Of a stretch of DNA of 64,000 bases, positions 1 to 12,267 are shown one piece after another. The DNA comes from Octopus sinensis. Lineage: Eukaryota. Position 1 is the first letter of the stretch, and each line of letters opens with the position of its first letter. The stretch covers positions 22,084,464 through 22,148,463 of the forward strand of contig NC_043011.1 in assembly GCF_006345805.1 (NCBI RefSeq), given 5' to 3'. Position numbers and translations under genes: made by a program. Below the pieces are notes generated by a model. The model ran no database searches. It was not told the DNA's origin and saw only the letters and a list, made by a program, of their open reading frames with translations.

Positions 1-1313
1 TATTTGTAATTATTTTGTTGATGTTTAACCATTGCTAAATAGGTTAGGAAAGTATGGTAATGATTTTTTTTTTCTGTTTTAAACAATAAATAAATGTAAC
101 AATCTTCTGAAGAAAACAGATTTTAACTCAAGCAAATTGAAATATGTCTGCAAGTGTCTAATAATGTGATAATTTTCCCATCTTAACTTCTGTTTTTGTC
201 TGGAAAGTAACTTGCTGAATTTTACAATTGCAAATATTTCTTAACTTAAAAATTCTTGGGTGTATTGAAAGTCCTGAAATTGAAAGCAACAGGATTATCA
301 CATCATTACAATGTACCATGCTCCACTGAAGCATCGTGGATTACATTCTACTTCTGTAACAGTGAACTGGCTGTCTCAAAAGAAAGGGATACTGTGACTC
401 ATCCTCCATGTACCTCTCTCAGCATAGTGCAGCTGATTCTGAGACCAGGGTGGGGATTATCACTATGTGACAGAGACTTAATTTAGTGCTAAGGCCATTC
501 CCTCTGGGGAAGAGGGATGGCCTACAAGATTCCTGTGCTGGTGCCACAAAAAAAAGCACTTGTGTTGGTGCCACTTAAAAGTGCTTATTTGGGTGCCACA
601 TTAAAAACACCCAGCACATAGTGTAAAGTGGTTAGTGTTAGGAAGGGTATCAGGCTGTAGAAACCAAGCTAAGTGAGACTGGAACCTGGTGCAGTTCTCT
701 AACTTGCCAACTCTGGTTCAAACTATCCAACTCAAGCCAGCATGGGAAATGGACATTGGAGGAGGAGGAGGAGGAGGATTGACCTCATTAGGATTTGAAC
801 TCAGGACACAAAGAGCTTGAACAAATACTGATGTAGTGACATTTCTGCCAATCAGTAACATAGGTAGCATATTCTCAGTAAAAATACATAAAAATAAGTG
901 ACTATTTCCAGGATACTGATCAGACACTCAAATTCAATGCCAAGACTTCATATATCAGAGGAATTTTATTGTTTGCTTGTAAATTTTTGATCCTGATCTC
1001 CATTCTAGAGATATATACAAACAGAATTAGCTGTGATTATTCAATATCAATAAGTAGTGTTCAAAATATTATCTTAAGTGAAGCAAATAATCAGAATGTA
1101 ATGATTTTACTTTTTTCCTTTTCATAGATCTTTCAGTTTTCACCACCAAATTTTTATAGCCATCCTTTTGTTCTTTTTTCATCTCTTCCTCTCTCCTCTC
1201 TCTCTATCACTTTGACCCAAAGATCAATTGAAAATCATAAATTAATAACCATAAATCATAATTCATAAATTAAATTTTTACTATAGAATTTTTGAATTCT
1301 TTTTTATTTTTAG

Positions 1314-1421
1314 GCTTGTCTCCAAGTTGCAGAGTCTGAATGGTCTGACAAGTTTTCACTGGATACTGTCGGAAGCTCTGGTACCGTTCAGTGCAAGAAC
1401 AAAGCTTCTGGAATCTATGAA
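1314..1421 (+). CDS. VPS13: VPS13A/C-like gene, exon 1 in window (gene starts upstream)
   Basis: ttttag|GCT...GAA|gtaaat; ACLQVAESEWSDKFSLDTVGSSGTVQCKNKASGIYE, VAB-repeat WSxxFSLD motif; phase 0/0. Confidence 0.93.
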
Positions 1422-3104
1422 GTAAATAGTTCTTTTTTTCTTTTTATTTATTACATTCATTATTCTTAAATCTACTAATATTTGACTAAATTGATTTATC
1501 AGTTGTATACATTATCAGATTTCCTCAATTATTATGCTTTTGGGGATAATGTCTCAGAGATCATATGACAGACTATATCTTTAGAATAGCTCGTTTGTTT
1601 TCATTACTATTACCAATAGTTATTTCCAGATGTCACTGAAACCATGTTAGAAATGAATCTTTATCTCTTAAGATCTGTGTTTGACTGTTTTAACACCAGT
1701 CCTCTTTCATTAAGAAACTTTATTCGTTATTATCAGATGAGCCAGAAGCTCACTCAGCTGGTAATGGACCAGTATCTCATCCAGTGGGGAATATATGCGC
1801 CACGGGAAACAGGAAACTGGCGCTATGAGTCTATATGACTCAGGAAGGAACTTTTAAGGTGGCAATTTGGCAAAATTGTTAGCATGCTGGGCAAAATGAT
1901 GGCAGAATAGAATGGAATGACCTTTGTTGTTTCTTCTAGCTCTTTGTCTCTGTCAAAAAGCATGTCCACATTGATTCAGTCCTCTTTCCTATATGGAGTA
2001 TCCAGTTGGAGAACAATTTGTTAGTTTCCTTTATATTCGATGAATTCACTCACAAGTGTTCAATAAGAGAACAAAACAACAAATGACTATATATATTTTC
2101 AACCTCTTGCTTGTTTCAGTCATTGAACTGCAGCCATGCTAGGGTACTGTCTTGAAGGTTTTTGACTCCAGACCTTATTTTTAAGTCTGGTACTTATTCT
2201 GTTGGCCTCTGTGCTACACTGCTAAGTTATGGGGGTGTAAACACCAGTTCTCAAGCAGTGATGGGGACACACACATATACATACATGCATGCATGCACAC
2301 ATATGTGTGTGATAGGCTTTCCACACAGTTTCTGTCAACCAGATTCACTCACAGGGCATTGCTTGACTTGAAGCTAAAACAGAAAACATTTGCCGAAAGT
2401 GCTATGCAGTGGAACTGAACCCAAAACCCTGTGGTTGCAAAGTGAGCTTGGATTCTGACCAACAAAGTTGAAAATTACTGCTTTGTAATTAGGAATATAT
2501 AGATGCTGATATATGTGAAGAATTCATTCTGCTGGAAACCGTTTGCTTTATTTGACCTGGCTAACTGGACAGATTCACCATCATGCTGGAAGTATTATTA
2601 TTGTACTTAAACTGCTTTCTTCTTCCTAGGGCAATTTATCTATTATCTGTTTAACATACCATAATTTGGAAATCTTGTCAGTATATAGTTTAAAAACTAA
2701 CATCATAAGCATGTTAAAAAAACTCTGCATAGCAATATATTTTGTGACATTTTATTGCTTAAATGTGGTGATGATGACTGAAACATGAGGGTTCTTATTT
2801 CATTTCAAAACTAGTTAAAACTGACTTTATTTTTCATTCTTCCTTTATCAATAAAATAAGTAGCAATGATATATTGGAATCTCTTAAGTTTGCATTACAC
2901 ACTTTTACAAATTTGTCATTATGCATAATCAAAATAAATCCTTCTTATACAGCTCCTTTATATTTATGTCTTAAACTCCTATAAATTTGGAACAATAAGT
3001 CCTTATTGCTTTGTATACTCTATATAAAACAAGAATGCATGAAAGTTTTATAATTGTTACAATTACGAAATGTATTTAAAACATTTATCTCTCTTTTTCT
3101 TTAG

Positions 3105-3191
3105 GTTGGTGTTAACATCCGTTTATCTTCCTCTGGTTTAACAAAAATCGTAACCTTCACCCCATACCATATGATGTTAAATACTTCAGAG
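3105..3191 (+). CDS. VPS13: VPS13 exon 2
   Basis: ttag|GTT...GAG|gtaaaa; VGVNIRLSSSGLTKIVTFTPYHMMLNTSE (TKIVTFTP VAB motif). Confidence 0.95.
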
Positions 3192-3442
3192 GTAAAATGG
3201 TTGCTGCTGAGCAAATTTTTTCAATCAATGTTTTAAAAGTTTTATCTAATAAATGTACATTGTTCAAATAATTAAAATATATATTATTAATCTTCAAATG
3301 AAATGCAATGTATTTTTGATATTCTTTTCATATAAATACTGTTTTTGTGTGTGTTTCTGTTTTCATTTACATAAAATAATTAATCAATATACCTAACCGT
3401 TGTTAAATTCCTTTTTTTTTTCTCAATTTTGTATAATTTCAG

Positions 3443-3634
3443 CTAACATATTTAGTTCAAGAAATAACTACTGAACCATCTAGCTGGATTGAAATCCGTC
3501 CACAACAATGTATACCTTTCTGGCCTCTGACAACAAAGATCGAATTGAAAGCCAAAGTTCTTGATACAAATGAAGAGACCAATGTCTTCTCCATAAACAA
3601 ACCTCATTCAACTCTTCTTAAATTGGACAACAAT
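3443..3634 (+). CDS. VPS13: VPS13 exon 3
   Basis: ttcag|CTA...AAT|gtaatt; LTYLVQE...WIEIRPQQCIPFWP...STLLKLDNN, 64 aa. Confidence 0.92.
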
Positions 3635-4309
3635 GTAATTTGTATTATTTTTCTATATTTCTTTTCTTTTTTTGTATTATATTTAGTGAACAATTCTGTC
3701 AATAGTTACAAGTTTTTAATGGCCCAATCCATTGGTTCACAACACTTTATATTTCAAGTATATCAAAGGATTGCAACTCACTGTAAAACTAATACTACGC
3801 AGAGTAGTTTTATTTGGAAACAATGATTTTTCAGTTTTCTCAACAATGTTTACATCTTTACCTCATATGCATGACCAAAAAACATTTACACACATGTATG
3901 TATTACACCAAATACACACATGCACACACACACAAACTTCTGCACAGATTTTGCCTACCAAATTTCATTCACAAAACATTGATCAAACTAAAGCTATAGT
4001 AGAAGACACTTGCTCAAACTGCTGTGTAGTAGAATTGAACCTGGAATCATGGTTGCAAAACAGACCTCTTAATCCCACAGCCATACCTATGCCCATAGAC
4101 ACCCACATCAACAATGTTTTCTAGAAGGATAATTAAATGGCTTTGACCCATGATTGTATCAGCTTTCACTTTATGACCACATTTTACCTCACACACTGTT
4201 CTTCACTTGACTACCTTCAAACACTATGTCTACAATTCACTAATTTTTTTTAACGTAAATTATTACAGTGGAAACAGGAGTACATGCCTTTCTCAAGAAC
4301 AATAACAGT

Positions 4310-4812
4310 TTTATCATCATCATCATTTAGCATCCATTTTCCTGGGTTAAATGTTTTTGACTGGAACTGATAAACCAAAGAGCTGCCTCAGGGCATCAGG
4401 CTCCAGTCTGTTTTGGCTTTGTTTCTACTGCTGGATGCCCTTTCTAATGCCGACCACTCCATAGAGTGTACTAGGTGCCTTTTGCATGTCACTGGTATGG
4501 GTGCCTTTTACATGTCACCAGCACAGGTGCCTCACGCGTCACAGGCACGAGTGCCTTTCATGTCACCAGCATTAACCATGATTACACTTAGCTTGACGTG
4601 TTTTCTCAAGCACAGCAAATCATCAAAAGTCTTGATCACTTGTCATTGTGTCTGTGAGACTCAACATCTGGATATCATACTTCACCACCTCATCCCACAT
4701 CTTCCTGCGTCTACCTCTTCCACAGATTTCCTCCACTGTTAGAGATTGGCACTTCTTTATGCAGCTGCCTTACCCATACACATCACATGGCCATACCTCT
4801 CTTTTGCACATT
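4310..4812 (-). mobile_element. 5'-truncated RTE LINE
   Basis: Minus-strand YGHVM...CIKKCQSLTVEEICGRGRRRKMWDEVVK, then the same 3' region and (GAT)n tail. Confidence 0.78.
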
Positions 4813-5165
4813 ACACAGCTTCAAATGGGAAGTCAAATTTAGTTTCATTTTATATATTGTATACTAATATTCCTTGTTTCTTACTAATCTTACCTATTAC
4901 CCTACTGGCTTTTCTTGGTTTCTTACCAGTCTTACTTGGTCCCTTTTTCTTACTGTATTAGACACTTGAAAGTTCTAACTGTTGTGCTTGTCTTACCTGG
5001 TCTCTTATTTAGTCTTACTTTAATCCCAGTACTTTTTTCTAGTTAACTTTCTCCATTGTTCATTTTCTAATCTTAATCTTCATCTTATGTTTACTACAAT
5101 CATTTGTAATGTAATCATCAAAGAATCCCTTAGTTATCAACAAACATATGTGCTCTTTAAATTTA

Positions 5166-6069
5166 TGAGGAGGTACCCAAAAGTAACTGGAAACATTCTC
5201 TGTGGGACAAGCCCATTGTAGTTCAGGCTTCTGCTGCTAGAAGCCACTTGATGCGACCCTCAGGCATCAGTCTGTCCATCCGGCAGTGGTGAGTGAAGTC
5301 GTACTGCCATGTGGTGCATCTTTGTTTTGCAGTGCATCTCCCTTGTTCATTGATTTTTGCAATGGCTGAAATGAAGGAACAGCATGCTTCCATGAAATTC
5401 TGTCGTCTGCTAGGGCAAACGACAGCCAAAACACTTCACATGCTTCAAACAGCTTACAAGGACACTGTCATGAGCAAAACACAAGCTTAAGAGTGGTTTC
5501 CATGCTTTAGGAATGGTCACTTGTTGCTTGAAGACCAACTTCATTCAAGACAACAGTCCTCCTCTTGAACAAATGAAAACCTCATGAAAATTCATGAACT
5601 GATCTTGGAAGACCGTCACCAAACAATTGACAAACTTGTTGACATGACTGTTGTGTCCTGGAGCTTTTGCCAATGAATTTTGAGAAAAGAATTGCAAATG
5701 AAAAGAGTTGCAGCAAAATTTGTGCCTCACTTGCTCACGGAAGATCAACAGCGGTCATGACTGAATACATGGGAAATGAAAGAACAGTTGGAAGTTGGTC
5801 CAGACCTTTTCTCCAAGGTCATCACTGGTGAGGAAAGCTGATGCTGTGGAATTTGCAGATGTAGAAGAGGTGAAGAAAGAAATGACAGAGGTGTTAAAAG
5901 GCATCGCTTCGCAAGAGTTCCAGTACTGCATCAAATAGTGGAAAATGCATCTGGACTGATGCATTGCTTCAAATGGAGAATATTTTGAAGGCAATAAGAG
6001 TGTAAACATGTAAAACTAAGTGAATAAAATAATATTGCAAAATTCTGGTTTCTTTTGGGTACCCCCTCA
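5166..6069 (+). mobile_element. Internally deleted mariner DNA transposon
   Basis: TA TSDs; TIRs TGAGGAGGTACCCAAAAG / TGAGGGGGTACCCAAAAG; decayed transposase N-terminus (MAEMKEQHASMKFC...AKFVPHLLT...ITGEES) joined to C-terminus (CIASNGEYFEG). Confidence 0.9.
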
Positions 6070-6539
6070 TACATCCATACATAACTGCTGTTTAAACTTA
6101 CACACACTGACAACCTTAAGTATGATTTCTGCACAAAACCCCATTTTATTCTGTATGTACCAGGGCCACATAAAATGCACTTGTGCCACTTCCACATAAA
6201 AGCAGCCATACCAGTAGCGTATAAAACACCCAACACACTCTGTAAAGTGGTTGACATTGAGAAGGGCATCCAGCCATAGAAACCATGCCAAAACAGATAA
6301 TTGGAGCCTGGACATTTCTACTCCTGTCAAATTGTCCAATACATGCCAGCATAAGAAACAGACACTAAATGATGATGATGATGAGTAATCACAATTTTAT
6401 TCTATACAGCAATCTTTGAATAATCTCTTGTTCATTTATCGTTTTTGCTTTTGTTTTTACTTTCACTACAACTTATATTGAATCCATTATAGCTCTTACT
6501 AACTTCTTTTTAAATCTTTGAACTATCCTTATTTTTCAG

Positions 6540-6673
6540 CATGGCGGAATCAACATTGATTGCCAAATAACAGAAACTTCCTTTATTACAACACTGACCA
6601 ACTACAAACTTGGTATGGCATCTGTTCTTTTGGTGAACCACACCGATAGGTGTTCAGTCCAGTTTAGCCAGAA
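6540..6673 (+). CDS. VPS13: VPS13 exon 4
   Basis: ttcag|CAT...AA|gtaaga; HGGINIDCQITE...GMASVLLVNHT...FSQ; phase 0/2. Confidence 0.93.
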
Positions 6674-6828
6674 GTAAGATATGCTGTTTGCTTTATTTTA
6701 ATTTGCTGAAATTTTCATCAAAAGCAAGATATTTTTTAATTACTTAAAAAATTATCTCACCTTTGAATTTTGTTATTTATTCTTGTGTATGGATATATAT
6801 ATATATATATCATTATCATCATCATTGA

Positions 6829-6831
<3 letters not shown>

Positions 6832-6870
<39 letters not shown>
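6832..6870. repeat. (TA)n microsatellite, one of many (TA)n/(CA)n tracts
   Basis: Direct inspection; similar tracts at ~7077-7107, 11430-11460, 25698-25733, 31767-31822, 43154-43190. Confidence 0.95.
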
Positions 6871-6875
<5 letters not shown>

Positions 6876-6898
6876 GTTATTTTCCTATGTGTGTTTAG

Positions 6899-7028
6899 AG
6901 ATGTGAAAACCACCCATATGCTAGGATCAGAACAAGCCATGCTATATACCTGGGAAAATCCTTCAGGAAACAGGGAACTCATCTGGACATGTGGAACTAC
7001 CAAAGAATTAAAGAATAATCTCACTCAG
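6899..7028 (+). CDS. VPS13: VPS13 exon 5
   Basis: tttag|A GAT...CAG|gtatgt; DVKTTHML...LYTWENPSGNRELIW...LTQ; phase 2/0. Confidence 0.94.
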
Positions 7029-7072
7029 GTATGTCAGAATCAGAGAGGGAGTGAGAGAGAGAGAGAGACAGC

Positions 7073-7109
<37 letters not shown>

Positions 7110-7440
7110 TGTATGGGAGAAAGAAATATTTCAGGAATATTTGAAATACATGGTAATTGTATTAAGTAACATCATAAGGAGAAATATTATAAGGGGTGGC
7201 ATAATTTTTAGAGAAAATACGAATGAGGAGCTGGATTATATTCCAAAAGATTAATTCTTGTTATACTGCTTTAAAGTAGACATAAAAGTGAAAGTAGAAT
7301 TATGTCATTACTTCCTATGGACCACTGAAGGACTTGAACTCGACACTGCAACCTAATTTTAATGTTCATTATTGTCTACAGCAGTGAGCCATTGTATGAT
7401 GGATTGTGCAGTTGATCACAGCTATAATGCACCACTGGTG

Positions 7441-7849
7441 TACTTACTTGTACTTGTGGTGACGTTCACTCTGAGCGGGTTGAGTCGGCTTCTTCCACCA
7501 CCCTCGAGGCATTGTATTCGCCATTGAGAATTCATGGAAGAAGTTTCGTGGGAATATGTGGATTTGACAAGCGGTCCCCAATAATCCCGCATGTAGAGAC
7601 ATCCTGTTTGCCATAGATTGTCTGCAGACGCAGGGGCAGAACGACCGAGGAGCCGCCAGTTGCCGAAGTAGACACTCCGAGGATTTTCACCAGAGCCCCA
7701 TCTGCTGGGTTTTGGCCCTAATACCACTCGGTGTCAGACCAATCCGCCTTGGGTGGCCCTACCAGGAACCGAAGTTCCCGACGGCATAGCTCTGACACTA
7801 CCCGTTGCCAACGTCCCCACCATGGTGAGGAGGGGATGGACTTTGGAGA
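7441..7849 (-). mobile_element. Complete non-autonomous RTE/BovB-like retroposon
   Basis: 11-bp TSD CACCACTGGTG/CATCACTGGTG; minus-strand GAGCTATGCCG...AGGGCCACCCAAGGCGGATTGGTC resembles RTE-BovB 5'UTR; ACAAGTACAAGTAAGTA tail. Confidence 0.78.
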
Positions 7850-8025
7850 CATCACTGGTGACATAATATGAACTGCCAATACATTGACTACTTGCTCAAT
7901 TTTTATCAAGTAAGCCATCATAGGTTCTCATTCCACCTTAAATGGACCAGCAAGTGAGCCTCTGCAAGATCGTTTTAACCTGCTAGAAATAGCAACTAAA
8001 TCTCTTTCAAATCACACCCTCTTAA

Positions 8026-8243
8026 CTCTTTAGCATTCAGATTAATCTGTCAAATGCAATGCTTATTTATTCATGTTGTTTTGAATTATTCATACAATAT
8101 TACGTAGCTTCAAGATTTCAATGATGTGATTGTTTAGTTTTAAAATGACATTGTAGAGTAAGGTAGGAAAAACCAGATTTGCTCAGTTTGAGCATAAAAC
8201 AGGTATATTTTGGCTGGATATGGCTGGTTTAAATGCTAAAGGG
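8026..8243. mobile_element. TTAA-type (piggyBac-like) MITE
   Basis: TTAA-CTCTTTAGCATT...AATGCTAAAGGG-GTAA; related inverted copies at ~24453-24671 and ~53100-53680. Confidence 0.72.
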
Positions 8244-8768
8244 GTAAATACAAGAAGGAGACATATGAATAATGTAGTTCTAGACACAATGTCTTCAAAA
8301 ATATTTTAAGTAGTTGGAATAAATAAAATACCTTTGATCATAAAAGTACAACTATAAAAAACCAACAACGGAGTATCTGTGGGATCACTTAACCTGCAAG
8401 AGATAACAGTCAAATTTCCCTCAAATAAGATCCTATCATCATTAATAAAGGAAATGCTCATTAACTGATGTAGTCCTCATTACACTGTCTTCAAAAACAA
8501 AGCAGGTGATCACAGCTGGAAGCCTTTGATCATAGATCTACTCTGTCAAATCTCTTAAGCTTTAGGTTGTCCTACATTATACAGCAAGCTTCCTCCACAG
8601 GGTTCAGTTGGCTGCTACTCTTGCATATCCATTCCACATAACATTAACTGTTTTCAAGGTTATCTTAAAATGTCCACCACCAAGTGATCTTCAACCTACC
8701 CTTTTAACACCTGCCAACATATGGTACCCAATTCATAGCTGTTTTCATGTGCCTTTTATCAGCTAGAG

Positions 8769-9088
8769 TAGTGGTTCTCAACAGGGATCCATATAAGATT
8801 TTTGGGGTCTAAGCTAGCAAAATAGCAAATTGGAGATCCACAGTAGTATTATAAGGGTCCATGAAAAGTTTTGCTTTAAATATATGTATTGCAAGAAACT
8901 GCTTGATTTGTTTCTCTAGCATTTTATATAATTCAGCCTATACAACCAAATGAATGAATAACAAAATACGAATTTTGAAATACGTACCCATAAAATTAGT
9001 TTTATGGGTACGTATTGGCTATTAGGGTCCGCCAGAATAAAATAGTAAACAAGGGGTCCATAGGTAAAAAATGGTTGAGAACCATCTG
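8769..9088. mobile_element. hAT (Charlie-like) MITE
   Basis: TIR-like ends TAGTGGTTCTCAAC / GTTGAGAACCATCTG; GCTAGAG on both flanks; inverted homolog of 36247-36566. Confidence 0.8.
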
Positions 9089-9295
9089 GCTAGAGGAAAA
9101 TATAACCAATCAAATTTAACCTGGGGCTAATCAACTGTAACACCCCTCTATAATATATCTCTATATTAAATGTGTCTTGGTTTGTGAACTGGGAGCTGGG
9201 AACATGATTTCCATATCTCTAAAAAAAGACCGAACTTCAATCTTTGCATTAAGAATTACAACAACAGCAGCAACAGTTGTATTTTTCTGGACATA

Positions 9296-9696
9296 TACTC
9301 TTTTACTCTTTTACTTGTTTCAGTCATTTGACTGCAGCCATACTGGAGCAGCGCCTTTAGTCGAGCAAATCGACCCAGAACTTATTCTTTGTAATCCTAG
9401 TACTTATTCTATCGGTCTCTTTTGCCAAACCGATAAGTTTCGGGGGACGTAAACACACCATCATCTGTTGTCAAGCAATGTTGGGGGGACAAACACAGAC
9501 GCACAAACATATACATACACACATATATATACATATATACGACAGGCTTCTTTCAGTTGCCATCTACCAAATCCACTCACAAGGCTTTGGTCGGCCTGAG
9601 GCTATAGTAGAAGACACTTGCCCAAGGTGCCACGCAGTGGGACTGAACCCGGAACCATGTGGTTGGTAAACAAGCTACTTACCACACAGCCACTCC
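9296..9696 (-). mobile_element. tRNA-derived SINE, family A (young copy)
   Basis: Minus-strand head GGAGTGGCTGTGTGGTAAG...GGTTCAGTCCC (A/B boxes), GTAAAAGA tail; other copies at ~2104-2449, 16370-16690, 29270-30373, 33757-34125 (-) and 20177-20300, 42981-43410, 52600-52935 (+). Confidence 0.88.
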
Positions 9697-9744
9697 ATTT
9701 ATTATGCTATGAGATATTATAATCAATTCTATTTCTAATTTCAG

Positions 9745-9867
9745 GATGGAATTGGAGAATTCTTTGCAGACAATGATACCAAAGTGTATTGGGTATCTTT
9801 CTTGGATGGAATGCAACGTGTATTATTATTCAGTCAAGATTTAGCTCTGGTTACCATTGCTCAACAG
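9745..9867 (+). CDS. VPS13: VPS13 exon 6
   Basis: ttcag|GAT...CAG|gtaaac; DGIGEF...[19 protein letters not shown], characteristic of VPS13A/C. Confidence 0.96.
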
Positions 9868-9963
9868 GTAAACAGATTTTTTAAGCTTTTTTTCTAGACA
9901 CTAAAAACTTCTTAAAGACAAGATTGTATAAAATGTTATTCTAATTCTGTATCTAATCTGCAG

Positions 9964-10076
9964 GCTGGTGAACTTGAGCGAATTGAACAAGAAATCAACT
10001 TGTTTATATTTGGATTAGGATTGTCTTTGGTAAATAATTACAACCAGACAGAAGTGGCCTATCTAGGTATCACCAG
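9964..10076 (+). CDS. VPS13: VPS13 exon 7
   Basis: cag|GCT...AG|gtatgt; AGELERIEQEINLFIFGLGLSLVNNYNQTEVAYLGIT; preceded by a 96-nt intron. Confidence 0.96.
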
Positions 10077-11104
10077 GTATGTAATCTTGTTGCTTTTTGC
10101 AGCTTTCCATACATTTTACTTTACTTAGTAACAAGTGTTAGAATAAACATTTCACAATAGCTTACTGGGGTTGGTACAGCACACATTTTATGGTTCTCAT
10201 GATTTCTCACTTTAATTCTAACAGCAAGTTTCACAGCATCCTTCTGTAACTTATAAAATATACATTTCATGGTATCATACTATAGTTCATATAATATATA
10301 TTTCATGGCAGTCCTTTGTGACTCATAGAATATACAGTTCACATCTCATTTAGTTCAGCATAGGGTTAGCCATATATCTCCTCTACAGCAAGACACCTGT
10401 TTCTGTCCCCTTATCATACTATAACCTCTCATCTCTTGGCACAAAGCTGTTTTCCTCAGTACTACTGCCCCTGCCCCATCAGTTGAGGGGTATTCTCTTG
10501 TAAGTCACTTGATGACCACACTAGTGCTCGTGCTACATAAAAACCACCCAGTACACTCAATATAGTGGTTGGCATTAAGAAGGGCATCCAGCCACGGAAA
10601 CCATGTCAAAGCAAACAGCAGAGGTTGGCATGGTCCTCTGGCTTGCCAGCTGCTGTCAGACTGTCCAATCTATACCAGCATGGAAGGCAAACATTGAATG
10701 ATGATGATGGGATATATATATATATATATATACATGCGTGCACATGCACACATGTACATACATTAAATATTTTTCAACCATATTTTTGGGAAGAGATATG
10801 ATACAATCTTGTTTAGAAATTTTTTGCCCTCATGCTAATGTAACTTTTGCCTCTTGAGGTGAATTTTTTTCTTGTAACAATTTGTGTGTGTGCACATTTA
10901 TTTTATGATGTGACATTGTGTGTGTGTGTGTGTAAAAAATTGAGATGACAAAAGAATAACTCATTTATTCCTTTGTCATCTCATTTTCTTATAACTGTTC
11001 TCTACTCAACTAATGCTTCATTCTGAAGCACATGTATATTGAGTTCTACACTAGGTCATTAGCCTCACAGAGTCTAAGCAAAATATCAATATATATATAT
11101 ATAT

Positions 11105-11427
11105 ATGGAAATTGTAGTTGTGATACCTGTGCCGGTGGCATGTAAAAAGCACCATTCCAAACATGGCCAATGCCAGCACCGTGTTGGTGGCTTGTAAAAA
11201 GCACCAACTGATCATGGCTGTTGCCAGCCTCCCCTGGCACCTGTGCCGGTGGCACGTAAAAATCACCCCTTACACTCACGGAGTGGTTGGCATTAGGAAG
11301 GGCATCCAGCTGTAGAAACACTGCCAGATCAGACTGGAGCCTGGTGCAGCCTCCTGGCTTCCCAGACCCCAGTCGAACCATCCAACCCATGCTAGCATGG
11401 AAAACGGACGTTAAACGAAGATGATGA

Positions 11428-11430
<3 letters not shown>
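11105..11430 (+). mobile_element. RTE 3'-end element with (GAT)n tail (young copy)
   Basis: GGTGGCACGTAAAA repeats, AGGAAGGGCATCCAG, CATGCTAGCATG hairpin, GATGATGAT tail; other copies at ~520-760, 6160-6384, 10500-10710, 16935-17224, 28420-28706, 29845-30186, 34504-34755, 45402-45546, 50670-50946 (+) and 27500-27810, 31432-31710 (-). Confidence 0.85.
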
Positions 11431-11466
<36 letters not shown>

Positions 11467-11713
11467 TAAACATAATCACCATCATCACAGTTTAACATAG
11501 ATTTTCCATATTGGCATGGATTGGACAACTGGCATCACATCACATAATGTAATGATTTCCCAGGTTCTATTGTGCCAGTTTAGTCTATTGTATCTGTTTT
11601 AAATTTAACATTCTTCCATGTGCAACAATTTGGTGTGTCTTCATCCTACAGAGTATTTCCTTATTTTATATTTTTAACTGAGATATTGAAATTGGCTTAC
11701 GATTCATTTTTAG

Positions 11714-11870
11714 TTCTGGTGTTATTTGGGAGGAAAAGAAAAAACGGTTCAAAGCCTTGAATTTGAAGTCATGTGCCTACTTGGAGGATGGTTACCAAAA
11801 ATATCTCAACGAACTTACTCTAGGTAATGCAGCAGCTTCGTCTCGCAAGACTTTAGAAAATAAATTTGAA
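11714..11870 (+). CDS. VPS13: VPS13 exon 8 (first half of WWE-like domain)
   Basis: ttag|T TCT...GAA|gtaagt; SGVIWEEKKKRFKAL...LEDGYQKYL...KFE. Confidence 0.94.
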
Positions 11871-11875
11871 GTAAG

Positions 11876-12267
11876 TATTCTTTTATTCTTTTACTTGTTT
11901 CAGTCATTTGACTGCAGCCATACTGGAGCACCACTTTTTAGTCGAGCAAATCGACCCCAGGGCTTATTCTTTGTCAGCCTAGTACTTATTCTATCGGTCT
12001 CTTTTGCCGAACCACTAAGTTATGAGGGGCGTAAACACACCATCATCATTTGTCAAGTGATGTTGGGGGAACAAATACAGACACACAAACATATACACAC
12101 ACATACATACATATATATATATATATATGACGGGCTTCTCACAAGGCTTTGATCGGCTCGAGGCTATAGTAGAAGACACTTGCCCACGGTACCATGCAGT
12201 GGGACTGAACCCGGAATCATGTGGTTGGTAAGCAAGCTACTTACCACATAGCCACTCCTGTGCCTAT
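11876..12267 (-). mobile_element. tRNA-derived SINE, family A
   Basis: Closely similar to 9296-9696; its tail abuts the exon 8 donor site. Confidence 0.88.

Noticed and set aside
7422-7727. 101-aa minus-strand ORF as a novel GC-rich gene
   Set aside because: Lies almost entirely inside the TSD-bounded retroposon; no recognisable domain or splice signals
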